From: an uncultured bacterium
GTDB taxonomy: Bacteria; Patescibacteriota; Microgenomatia; Levybacterales; UBA12049
Length of the DNA stretch: 64,000 nucleotides
NCBI GenBank assembly: GCA_963826535.1
Contig: CAWGXL010000011.1
Coordinates: 256,809-320,808 of the forward strand
Direction of reading: 5' to 3'
Shown here: in pieces, positions 19,591 to 28,102 of the stretch
Numbering within the stretch: the stretch's first letter is position 1
Layout of the letters: each line of letters opens with the position of its first letter
Program-made: the position numbers and the translations under genes
Notes under the pieces: generated by a model
Database searches by the model: none
What the model saw: the letters and a program-made list of their open reading frames with translations, nothing else
What the model was told of the DNA's origin: nothing

Positions 19591-20552
19591 TCTAAGGCTA
19601 TTTGCAGGTTTTTCAAATTATCTTCCATGACTGTGAAGTAATTTTTTCCTGTTCTTATATCATCATCTGATAATCCTTCAATCGGGTCAAGTACCAGAGT
19701 TTTTGCTCCTGTCTCATTGGCTATTGTCTCTGATAATTTAGGACTGACCAGAGTTTCAAAAAAGATATACTTTATATTATTTTCTTTTACAAACTCTGAA
19801 ACCTGCGCAAGTTGTGCCGGGGAAGGTTCTTCATCAGGGGTTATGCCGGAAATTGGAACTTGAGTCAAATTATATTCTGCTGCTAAATAACTAAATGCTG
19901 TATGAGAGGTGACAAAGCTCTTTTGACTGCAAGCGCTTAGTCCTTGTGCAAATTTTCTATCTAATTCATCAAGTTTTTGTTTTAAGTCTTCTGTGTTTGC
20001 AACGTAGGAAGCTCTATTGTTTGGATCAATCTTTATAAAACCTTGATAGATTTTATCTACTTGTGATTTGGCTAAGACGGGACTTAACCAGGTGTGCGGG
20101 TCAATATTCGATTCTTCCTCATGCTTTTCATCTTCTTCTTCCTCATGTTCTTCTTCATGCCTTTGAGTACTTTCTTGGAGGCTTAATCCTTCTGTCGTAT
20201 TGACGATGGTTACATTTTTAAGTTCGTCTTTTAGCTTGTCAAGCCAGGGCTCAAAACTACCTCCATTGACAATAAGAAGTTTAGTGTTTTGAATACGCGC
20301 AATATCTTGAGGGGTAGGGTCATAATCATGAGGCTCAACACCGGCTGGGGTAATATTAAACACATCTGTTTTGTCTTTTCCAATAACTGAAGCAAAAAAA
20401 TAGAGAGGGTAAAAAGAAGCGGTTATTTGATGTTTGTTAGTTTTGGCATTATCAATCTTTGTAGTATTTTGTTTCGATGTTTCACTATTAAAATAAATGA
20501 AGCCTGCGATTAATATAACTGCGATGATAATATACAACCAAATGTTTTTCAT
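19578..20552 (-). CDS. znuA: Zn ABC substrate-binding protein
   Basis: EPHDYDP, His/Glu-rich loop, DPHTWL, SHTAFSY. Confidence 0.92.
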   Translation of the reverse strand: MKNIWLYIIIAVILIAGFIYFNSETSKQNTTKIDNAKTNKHQITASFYPLYFFASVIGKDKTDVFNITPAGVEPHDYDPTPQDIARIQNTKLLIVNGGSFEPWLDKLKDELKNVTIVNTTEGLSLQESTQRHEEEHEEEEDEKHEEESNIDPHTWLSPVLAKSQVDKIYQGFIKIDPNNRASYVANTEDLKQKLDELDRKFAQGLSACSQKSFVTSHTAFSYLAAEYNLTQVPISGITPDEEPSPAQLAQVSEFVKENNIKYIFFETLVSPKLSETIANETGAKTLVLDPIEGLSDDDIRTGKNYFTVMEDNLKNLQIALECSK

Positions 20553-20558
20553 AATTTA

Positions 20559-20999
20559 TTAGTTTTGACTCTTCTGACAACTTTTACAGAGGCCATAAAA
20601 TTCTAAAGCATGGCTAGTGACTTTAAAATGCTTTTTCTTTTCAATATCTTTTTGTAAACTGACAATGTTGCAATCTGATATATCTTCAATTTTTCCACAG
20701 TTTTCGCAAATGAGATGGTGATGGTCTTCGCGATTTGCTAGTTCGTATCGAAATTTTCCTTCGTTAAATGATATTTGCCTTGTGATGCCTTTGTCGGTGA
20801 ACATATTCATAATGCGAAAGACTGTCGCGGGATCTGCTTTAATATTTTTGTCGTCGAGATAGTCTTTTATCATCTGGATATCAACCGGAGTTGCGGCGCT
20901 TTCAAGTAATTTCATCACCGCGATTCGAGCAGGGGTTGCCCGAAGGTCTGCTTCGTTTAATTCGGCTTTGCAGTCATGTTTTATTTTGGCAATTGTCAT
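20559..20999 (-). CDS. zur: Fur-family regulator, probably Zur
   Basis: LRATPAR, ATVFR, HHHLICENCG, GLCKSC; directly upstream of znuACB. Confidence 0.85.
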   Translation of the reverse strand: MTIAKIKHDCKAELNEADLRATPARIAVMKLLESAATPVDIQMIKDYLDDKNIKADPATVFRIMNMFTDKGITRQISFNEGKFRYELANREDHHHLICENCGKIEDISDCNIVSLQKDIEKKKHFKVTSHALEFYGLCKSCQKSQN

Positions 21000-21022
21000 A
21001 ATTAATCGGATGATAGCATAAA

Positions 21023-21037
21023 TGCAATAAGGTTGCA
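21023..21037. promoter_or_regulatory. putative Zur box 1 (TGCAA-N5-TTGCA)
   Basis: tgcaataaggttgca overlapping the inferred -35 of zur. Confidence 0.65.
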
Positions 21038-21044
21038 AGAAAAA

Positions 21045-21674
21045 TCAGGCCGCTTCCTCATATGCAGTACATGATCCACATGCGCCATTGTCTCCCAAAT
21101 CTTTACCGCAGTTTTTACAATGTTCGTGTTTATCTGTTTTATGTTCACTTCCTCCATAAGCACCACCTACTGTGTTAGATGTTGCCGGTTGTGCACTGCC
21201 ACTACTATGTTGTGTTGGCGGGCAACAATTTATAGCGGCTGAGGCTACTGCAACAACCCTCGAGGAATTGTCGATAGCTCTTTTTGCTAGATTATATTTT
21301 TCAAAAATTACTGCTCTATTTTCCCTTGGTCTTGAAAAATTTACAACGATCACGTTATTTTTTGGTAGATCTTTGGAAGACTGGCTTCCAATTGTTTCAT
21401 TTGCAATTTCATTTATTGGAGGGGTGTCAAAAAAATCTTCCATTACCATATCATCAATTTCTCCATCTGCTGCAAAGCCTGTCATCTCAGGATTTATTAA
21501 TTCGGGAGTGAAATCTTTAGCTATTGGCTTTGAATCAATCGGCTGTAAATAGAATGCAGCTGAGGGGTGCTCTTTTGAAATTCTATTTTTTGAAAAATTA
21601 TTGAGTTGAGGAATTTGTGATACAAACTCTTGCTTTGGAATACTGAAGCTTGGTATCATTTCTGCATTTAACAT
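21045..21674 (-). CDS. hypothetical protein with His/Cys-rich C-terminus
   Basis: ...NCCPP...HKTDKHEHCKNCGKDLGDNGACGSC. Confidence 0.7.
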   Translation of the reverse strand: MLNAEMIPSFSIPKQEFVSQIPQLNNFSKNRISKEHPSAAFYLQPIDSKPIAKDFTPELINPEMTGFAADGEIDDMVMEDFFDTPPINEIANETIGSQSSKDLPKNNVIVVNFSRPRENRAVIFEKYNLAKRAIDNSSRVVAVASAAINCCPPTQHSSGSAQPATSNTVGGAYGGSEHKTDKHEHCKNCGKDLGDNGACGSCTAYEEAA

Positions 21675-21682
21675 ATTACCCG

Positions 21683-22711
21683 TTATCTTACTCCCAAATT
21701 ACTTTTAAAAACCTGGACTACATCCCTTACTCTAGCATCTGCATATTCATGCATTCCTGATGCCGTTTTCAATAAAGCGTCAACGACTGCTCCTTTTTGA
21801 GTACCTCCTCCAAATCCTTGAGGATTTGTTTCAGCAATCCTTTGAGCTGCTGCATCTATTCCCCCAACGAAGAGAGGTGATTCATCTGCTTCGAGGAAAC
21901 CTGAGGTGCGATGTAATGGTACAACATGCCCTGTTTGGTCAATTTTCACTTCTGCTACCCATTGATTTTTTGATGGTCTACCTCCCAAATAAATAGCATC
22001 TGGGCGAATGTGAATGTTTCTTGGAATAAAATGTGCGGTTAAGAAACTTCTTGGAATAGTAAGACGGGGATTTTTGTGGCTATTACACCCTTCGGCAGCA
22101 ATAGAGTTATCAAGTTCGGTCGGATCTCCTGTAGTGGAGGCAAATACTCTGGACATAACATTAGTTGCTTCATTCCCTTTTCTTGGGTGAAAAAGACGGG
22201 CAAGAAGCTCGATAGCATCTTGTTCTTCAGTACGAACTGTCCCTTGTGAATCAATTAGATATTCTCCCCAAACTCCTTGAGTTCTGCCTCCTTGCAGATC
22301 TTCTTGTCGAGGTTTCCTTATATAGCCGAACAATTCAAGAGAATGATTTTCGTTTCCAATTACAGTCGCAATTGTCCTAATTCCTCCAAACCCTTGAGCA
22401 AATTTTTCAAACTTAGTTCTATTTAAATCTGTAAAATTAGGCTCACGTACTGCGGTTAAGGCAATAATATCTCCAGGAGATAATCTAGACATTTCCCCTA
22501 TTCCTGCTATATCCAGATTAATAAGAGATGTCCCCCTGCCGGTCTCTCGTGATCTCAGCTGGGGTGAGGCTGCAACAACTTCAATTGCGCTTTCTCTACC
22601 AATTCCAAAAACTTGGCCTGCTGTTGTGTGTCCATTATTACCTAGAGCGCTATCTAATTTCACAGCGTCTCGCTGAACTTCTCTTGCGCCTTCCACTTCA
22701 ATTTTTATCAT
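21683..22711 (-). CDS. hypothetical protein
   Basis: 342-aa ORF downstream of a consensus promoter and Zur box 2. Confidence 0.75.
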   Translation of the reverse strand: MIKIEVEGAREVQRDAVKLDSALGNNGHTTAGQVFGIGRESAIEVVAASPQLRSRETGRGTSLINLDIAGIGEMSRLSPGDIIALTAVREPNFTDLNRTKFEKFAQGFGGIRTIATVIGNENHSLELFGYIRKPRQEDLQGGRTQGVWGEYLIDSQGTVRTEEQDAIELLARLFHPRKGNEATNVMSRVFASTTGDPTELDNSIAAEGCNSHKNPRLTIPRSFLTAHFIPRNIHIRPDAIYLGGRPSKNQWVAEVKIDQTGHVVPLHRTSGFLEADESPLFVGGIDAAAQRIAETNPQGFGGGTQKGAVVDALLKTASGMHEYADARVRDVVQVFKSNLGVR

Positions 22712-22741
22712 ATCTTTTGTGGTTATGCAGTGATTATTAAC

Positions 22742-22787
22742 TGCAATTTAGTTGCATTAGTATATGCGATATGGTCGCGTTTGTCAA
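22742..22787 (-). promoter_or_regulatory. TTGACA-17-TATACT promoter with putative Zur box 2
   Basis: -35 at 22782-22787, -10 at 22759-22764, box tgcaatttagttgca at 22742-22756. Confidence 0.75.
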
Positions 22788-22820
22788 GTATTGCTTTTAT
22801 TGATTGGTATATTCTTAAAG

Positions 22821-22850
22821 CAGAAAATCCCAACAAGGTGGGATTTTCTG
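22821..22850 (-). terminator. hairpin terminator
   Basis: cagaaaatccca-acaagg-tgggattttctg, 12-bp stem downstream of 22896-23060. Confidence 0.7.
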
Positions 22851-22895
22851 TATGTATTGTGTAAATTCTGACAAAAAACTAGTCAATGAGATTTT

Positions 22896-23060
22896 TTATT
22901 TTGCGAGTCTGGCGGCATCTTCTTTGCTTAGTATTTTAAAAAGTTTCATACCATTGACTTCTGCTTTTGCCGCCTTTCTATTATTCTTCATTGTTACAAC
23001 AGTTACTTGCTTATCCGGTACATCTACGGGTTGACGTGTTTTTACGTTATAAAATTTCAA
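22896..23060 (-). CDS. unannotated 54-aa basic protein, Cys-free DUF5679/CC1-like
   Basis: AGGAGGTG SD, TTG start overlapping the upstream TGA; MKFYNVKTRQPVDVPDKQVTVVTMKNNRKAAKAEVNGMKLFKILSKEDAARLAK; followed by a terminator. Confidence 0.8.
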   Translation of the reverse strand: MKFYNVKTRQPVDVPDKQVTVVTMKNNRKAAKAEVNGMKLFKILSKEDAARLAK

Positions 23061-23368
23061 GATTTATTCACCTCCTTCCACATCAGTATAAGTTCTGTTT
23101 CGCGATTTACTTGGCCTTCTGTCCATGTCGGATATTTCACATGCAGCAACTCATGAATAATGTCATCCATATGCAGTTTTCTTGTGTGGTACAGATAAGC
23201 GGTACAGTTTATATGATCTGCAAGAATTCCGACAAATTCATGGCCTCTTTTGCAGCTGTCATCACATACCTGATGGATGGAAATTCTTTCGCAAGTTATT
23301 TTGTAGTCGTGCAGTTGTAATTCTTTTTGCCACCGGGAAAGTTCAAAGGTTAATCTCGAGTCACTCAT
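23057..23368 (-). CDS. small HExxH metallopeptidase-like protein
   Basis: IIHELLHVKY. Confidence 0.7.
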   Translation of the reverse strand: MSDSRLTFELSRWQKELQLHDYKITCERISIHQVCDDSCKRGHEFVGILADHINCTAYLYHTRKLHMDDIIHELLHVKYPTWTEGQVNRETELILMWKEVNKS

Positions 23369-23369
23369 A

Positions 23370-23417
23370 AATGCAAATTATTTGCATTAGTATATGCAGC
23401 TCAGTTACATTTGTCAA
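23370..23417 (-). promoter_or_regulatory. TTGACA-17-TATACT promoter with putative Zur box 3
   Basis: -35 at 23412-23417, -10 at 23389-23394, perfect palindrome aatgcaaattatttgcatt at 23370-23388. Confidence 0.75.
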
Positions 23418-23449
23418 GGGGAGTTTATAAATTTACTCTGGCAGGTAAA

Positions 23450-24133
23450 TTATTTTTTGTCTTTATCTGACGAGATCTGTAAGAGCGGACTTTCTAAAGA
23501 AGCGTCCTCAGGTCCTTTTTCCTGCTTATGCTTAAGTATTTCATCCGCCATTCGTTGCGCTTTTTGAATATCTTCATCAGTTGCGCCCATTTGTTTCTGA
23601 GCAAAAATTATTTGATCGCGATTCCATTGCGGAAAATCAGGCCTGACAAATAACCATGTCATTTGTCGCACATCAAGTCTCCGCAATTTTCCTACATAAT
23701 TGGCTACTTTATGATTTGGGTGAGAGACGGCAGCATCAACTAAATTAGGACTTAAAAGTATCTTCTGTGCCCATGCTTGATGAAAATTCTCCATTATGTT
23801 TTGCCAGATGACCCAACGTTTTGGCACCTTACCGCTAAAACGCTGTTTCCAAATAAGATCGTAATGGGCATCTTTTAAATCATCTGCAAAACTTTCAGCA
23901 GCCCTTCTTTCATCCCAACCACCCTGTCCATACCATTCTCTCCTTCTAGCTAATGATTCATTTCCTTCTGCAACATATCTTTCTAAATTGAAATCTAGTG
24001 TGCCTTTACTGAATAGTTGCCGTTCAAAATTATTGAGTGGGGTTTCAGATGTAGGTGGCTTTACAGCATTACGTGCTTCAAGAGGTTGAGGAAGGCCGCC
24101 TTTTGGAAGTTCTTTCTGTCCGCTTTCTGGCAT
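23450..24133 (-). CDS. hypothetical protein
   Basis: 227-aa ORF. Confidence 0.7.
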   Translation of the reverse strand: MPESGQKELPKGGLPQPLEARNAVKPPTSETPLNNFERQLFSKGTLDFNLERYVAEGNESLARRREWYGQGGWDERRAAESFADDLKDAHYDLIWKQRFSGKVPKRWVIWQNIMENFHQAWAQKILLSPNLVDAAVSHPNHKVANYVGKLRRLDVRQMTWLFVRPDFPQWNRDQIIFAQKQMGATDEDIQKAQRMADEILKHKQEKGPEDASLESPLLQISSDKDKK

Positions 24134-24145
24134 AAGAGTAATATA

Positions 24146-24580
24146 TCATACTGGATTATATCGTTCAACAAAAAACTTTTTTAATAAAACTACGTCAATA
24201 TCTCTGAATTTTTGTAGTCTTGCATCGTTGGTTATAAGAACATCTGCTTTGGCCATAATAGCTGTTGCGAGCTGGATAGAGTCAGGCAAGCGGAAACCAT
24301 TGTTTCTGCGAATTCTTGCTGCCTCGAGTCCTATATCTTCTGTGACTTCATATTGAGTAAAATTGGGTAGAGTCTTAAATTTTTCTTCTATTTTACTGAG
24401 GACACTTGGAGGAGATGGGTAGGATAAGGCCTCGATAGCGCTAATAATACTTGTAATTCCGCGGTAGTCCCCATTTATAATTACCTTAAAGAGTCGGTTT
24501 GTGTATTCAATATATGAAGGATTCTCTTCAAAATGGTAGATGAAAATATTGCTGTCAAGAGCAAGTATTTTATTTTTCAT
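24146..24580 (-). CDS. PIN-domain toxin (VapC-like)
   Basis: ALDSNIFIY...PDSIQLATA...LITND. Confidence 0.9.
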   Translation of the reverse strand: MKNKILALDSNIFIYHFEENPSYIEYTNRLFKVIINGDYRGITSIISAIEALSYPSPPSVLSKIEEKFKTLPNFTQYEVTEDIGLEAARIRRNNGFRLPDSIQLATAIMAKADVLITNDARLQKFRDIDVVLLKKFFVERYNPV

Positions 24581-24815
24581 GCCATTCATCACGAAGTTTA
24601 TCTAAATAGGCTGTAGTATCAATATTTTTCCAAGCCTCCTTAGCAATACCACGAGAACTCTCGACCCAGCTTTTTGGATTAGTATGAATTGCAACGCTAT
24701 TTTTTCCCATGACACCAATACTCACTTTGCTTCCGGGTTTAAAATCCTTTATCTTTTTACGAATTTCTTTTGGAATAACAATCTGATATTTAGTTCCAAC
24801 GGTTACTTGCTGCAT
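24570..24815 (-). CDS. AbrB/MazE-family antitoxin
   Basis: VGTKYQIVIPKEIRK. Confidence 0.9.
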   Translation of the reverse strand: MQQVTVGTKYQIVIPKEIRKKIKDFKPGSKVSIGVMGKNSVAIHTNPKSWVESSRGIAKEAWKNIDTTAYLDKLRDEWHEK

Positions 24816-24874
24816 AGTATGTCAAATATACTGAAAACTGTCATACGTGTCAAGGGGCAAAATATCGGCTGTGG

Positions 24875-26050
24875 CTATTTTGGTCTTCTTTTTTGGCTGG
24901 TGGTCATGTCCAGGTCTTTCGAAATAGTGTGGAGAAAGTCGGAGAAATTGGTTCCGCGGAGGGCGACGAAGGCAGCTAAAAGCGTGGTGAAGGGGACGGC
25001 GAGGATGAGGGCGCTGCTGCCGACAATTGTTGTTATAATTTCTTCAATTGTTGTTTCATTATTGAGAATTACCCACCACGGTAAGTTGGAAGGATTGAGG
25101 GTAAAAAAGATAAATATACCAAGTGAGGAGCCGGTGTATGCTAGAACCAGTGTATTGATAAGGGAGGCGATGTGTTCTTTGCCAATTTCCATACCTTTCT
25201 TAAATAATTCATTAAATTTTTGTTTGGGATTTTCTTTTACTAGGGTGAATATGGTTATTGATTGAGTTGTAGTAATATCGTTGAGCGCTCCTAATGTTCC
25301 GATAAGTATAGCTCCAAGAAGTAACCCTTGTGTGTTTATCGACTGAGTTGCTCCGATTTGTAATTGATAGACTTCTTCACTTCCTAATCCAAACAGGTTC
25401 AATGCGTCTACGAGGACGGTGGATATCCAACCTGTAAATACCAGAGCCGCGGCTGTGCCGATGACTGCAACTGTTGTCTTGAGTGAGAAACCGTGCGCGA
25501 TATAAGTTGTTACGAGCAGCATGATACAGGCTGCAATAATTACAACTTGCACAGGGTCCTGACCTTTCACTATCTGCGGAATCATCCATTGACTTATCAG
25601 CAATAAACTTATGATAAGACCGATAAACGCGCCAATGCCTTTTTTACCGCCAATAAATACAATCAAAACAATAAAGCCGAAAAGCACGAACCAAAATGTA
25701 TCCAGGCGGTAGGGTTCGTAGATTGAATATGACTTTTTACCTGTTGGGTCGAGTCTGCTACTTATGACAACTTTGGCGCCGGCATTTAATTGATTTGATT
25801 TCATGTTCGGGTTGCCGGAACGGCTGATAACTATTATTTTTCCAATTTCTGGTCCTTCCAGTAATTTTACCTGCACGGTCTCTTCATTTATGGTTGAGTC
25901 GGCGATGTGAATAGTTTTATGGTTTAAGATTTTTACTACTTCTGCGCGGACAAATGTCTCTTGATTATCTAATTGGCCGTTGGGGGCGGCAGAAGCTGCA
26001 GGCGGAAAGAGTAAGAAAAGGGCAACTGCAAAAAGAAAAAGCTTTTTCAT
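24875..26050 (-). CDS. YibE/F-family membrane protein
   Basis: IGTLGALNDIT, IGKEHIASLINTLVLAYTG; start inferred at MKKLFL after TGCTATAAT. Confidence 0.88.
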   Translation of the reverse strand: MKKLFLFAVALFLLFPPAASAAPNGQLDNQETFVRAEVVKILNHKTIHIADSTINEETVQVKLLEGPEIGKIIVISRSGNPNMKSNQLNAGAKVVISSRLDPTGKKSYSIYEPYRLDTFWFVLFGFIVLIVFIGGKKGIGAFIGLIISLLLISQWMIPQIVKGQDPVQVVIIAACIMLLVTTYIAHGFSLKTTVAVIGTAAALVFTGWISTVLVDALNLFGLGSEEVYQLQIGATQSINTQGLLLGAILIGTLGALNDITTTQSITIFTLVKENPKQKFNELFKKGMEIGKEHIASLINTLVLAYTGSSLGIFIFFTLNPSNLPWWVILNNETTIEEIITTIVGSSALILAVPFTTLLAAFVALRGTNFSDFLHTISKDLDMTTSQKRRPK

Positions 26051-26276
26051 GAAATTAATTATAGCAAATAAGAGGTTGTCTGAGAGGAACAACTGGGGCT
26101 AAAAGACAATCCCCGCCGATCTATGCTCCTTTTTTTAGGAAGAACACGCGGGCGGGTTTGTCTTTTTTGCTTTTCGTACTAGAACTTATCTTAAATAAGA
26201 TTAAGGCTTGAATGTAAGGGTGGGAGTTTAGAATATGTAAGAAGTGTGTAAAAAAATGATGGTATAATTTCCCTAT

Positions 26277-27341
26277 ATGGACATTCCCGGCCTGCGGCTT
26301 TGGAATCAACATCTAACGGGCGAAAAATTTGATGATGCACGCGATGTTGTGGACTGGCTCGGCGCAGTACAGGCGCAGGATTATGCGGCGGCAAAGTGGG
26401 CGCTTGGAATGCGTATGCAAAACGCAAATGATGCCGATATAGAAAAAGCTTTTAATAATGGCGCAATACTCCGGACACATGTGATGCGGCCGACTTGGCA
26501 TTTTGTCATGCCATCTGACATTGACTGGATGCTCGAGTTAACCAGTGCGCGGGTGAAGTCTATAATGGGTCATTATAATCGCAAACTAGAACTGACTGAT
26601 GAATTATTTAAAAAATGTAATTTGGTGATTGCAAATGCACTGCAAGGCAGAAAACATTTGACCAGGCAAGAAATAGCACATCAGCTGGAAAATAATAAAA
26701 TCCAGGCTCACGGCCAGAGACTGGGACACATTGTAATGAACGCTGAACTGGACAGCGTGATCTGCAGCGGTCCAAGACGAGGCAAACAGTTTACTTATGC
26801 GCTATTGGAGGAACGCGTGCCAAAGGTAAAAAAAATAGATCGAAACGAGGCTCTTGCTAGGCTAGCTTTTAAATATTTTAATAGCCACGGGCCGGCACAA
26901 TTGAAAGATTTTGCCTGGTGGTCCGGATTAACAATGAAAGAGGCACTTGCGGGGTTAGACGGGGTTAAATCAAAATTGGTTCAGGAAACACAAGACGCGA
27001 AGACTTATTGGTTATCGCCGAATACGAGAATTACAAAACAAAAAAAGCTCGCTGCTTTTTTGTTATCGATTTATGATGAGTACACAATCGCGTATAAAGA
27101 CAGAAGCGCTTTAGGTGACGGGCGATATTTCGAGAAGCTGATTTTAATGGGGAACGCACTTACGTCTGTAATTATAATTGAGGGCAAAATAGTTGGAACT
27201 TGGAAAAGAGTTTTAAAGAAAAACCAGGTTGAAATAAAATTAAGTCCGTTCAGGAAGTTAAATAATTCTGAACAAAAAGCTCTCGCGCTTGCATCCAATA
27301 GCTATAGTAAATTTATTGGCTTACCTTCTGTTTTGTCCTAA
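26277..27341 (+). CDS. AlkZ/YcaQ-family (HTH_42) DNA glycosylase
   Basis: GAVQAQD, RTHVMRPTWH, HGPA..DFAWWSGL, YDEY. Confidence 0.88.
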   Translation: MDIPGLRLWNQHLTGEKFDDARDVVDWLGAVQAQDYAAAKWALGMRMQNANDADIEKAFNNGAILRTHVMRPTWHFVMPSDIDWMLELTSARVKSIMGHYNRKLELTDELFKKCNLVIANALQGRKHLTRQEIAHQLENNKIQAHGQRLGHIVMNAELDSVICSGPRRGKQFTYALLEERVPKVKKIDRNEALARLAFKYFNSHGPAQLKDFAWWSGLTMKEALAGLDGVKSKLVQETQDAKTYWLSPNTRITKQKKLAAFLLSIYDEYTIAYKDRSALGDGRYFEKLILMGNALTSVIIIEGKIVGTWKRVLKKNQVEIKLSPFRKLNNSEQKALALASNSYSKFIGLPSVLS

Positions 27342-27393
27342 TTGAACAGTAAAAATAATATAAAATTTTGCTATAATAGAAAAGGAGAATTTA

Positions 27394-27672
27394 ATGTGTA
27401 GAAACATCAAAACACTTTTTAATTTTGATCCGCCGGCAAATGACAAAGAGATCAGAGAAGCTTCGCTTCAATTCGTAAGAAAAATCTCAGGGTTTCACAA
27501 TCCCTCAAAAGTAAACGAAGCGGCGATTAATCGGGCGGTTGATAAAGTGGCGGAAGCCTCTCAAAATTTAATTGACTCTCTTGTAACCAACGCGCCTCCG
27601 CGGGACCGTGAAGTTGAAGCAAAGCGTGCGCATGAAAGAGCTGTGGCGAGATTTGGAATTCATAAGCATTAG
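27394..27672 (+). CDS. DUF2277 protein
   Basis: MCRNIKTLFNFDPPA...QFVRKISG. Confidence 0.88.
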   Translation: MCRNIKTLFNFDPPANDKEIREASLQFVRKISGFHNPSKVNEAAINRAVDKVAEASQNLIDSLVTNAPPRDREVEAKRAHERAVARFGIHKH

Positions 27673-27704
27673 GGTTTAAAAATGTAGAAAATAGATTGAG
27701 CGAG

Positions 27705-27989
27705 ATGAAAGGAAAAACATATTCCGTAACTGCAAAGCTTCAGATATTTGAGGAATATACAGCGCCTTGGACATACTTGCCTATCCCATTTGATAAAGTC
27801 CCTGACGTTGACCCGGGCGGATGGGGAAGTATTCCTGTAAATGCAACAATTGGAAAAACTACCTGGAAAACCTCCCTCTTCCCTCTTCCAAAAAAAGAAG
27901 GCTATTTTCTTCCTGTCAAAAAACAAATCCTGAAAAAAGAGAATCTCCATGTTGGAGACAAGGTTACGGTGACCTATTCAGCAGTTTAA
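27705..27989 (+). CDS. DUF1905 protein
   Basis: GWGSIPVNATIG..WKTSLFP...LPVKK. Confidence 0.85.
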   Translation: MKGKTYSVTAKLQIFEEYTAPWTYLPIPFDKVPDVDPGGWGSIPVNATIGKTTWKTSLFPLPKKEGYFLPVKKQILKKENLHVGDKVTVTYSAV

Positions 27990-28102
27990 AAAAACTAAAT
28001 GATCGAGTAAAATCTATGGATAAGTCCTGAAGTTAGAAGCCATTTAACAACGGAGTTGGAGTTTTTCTGCACGAATATTAAAACTTAAAGAGATTTTAGA
28101 TT

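Noticed and set aside
24684-25265. Long antisense ORFs such as 24684-25265, 9128-9541, 51940-52386 and 56664-57185
   Set aside because: Shadows of well-supported genes on the opposite strand, with no motifs of their own
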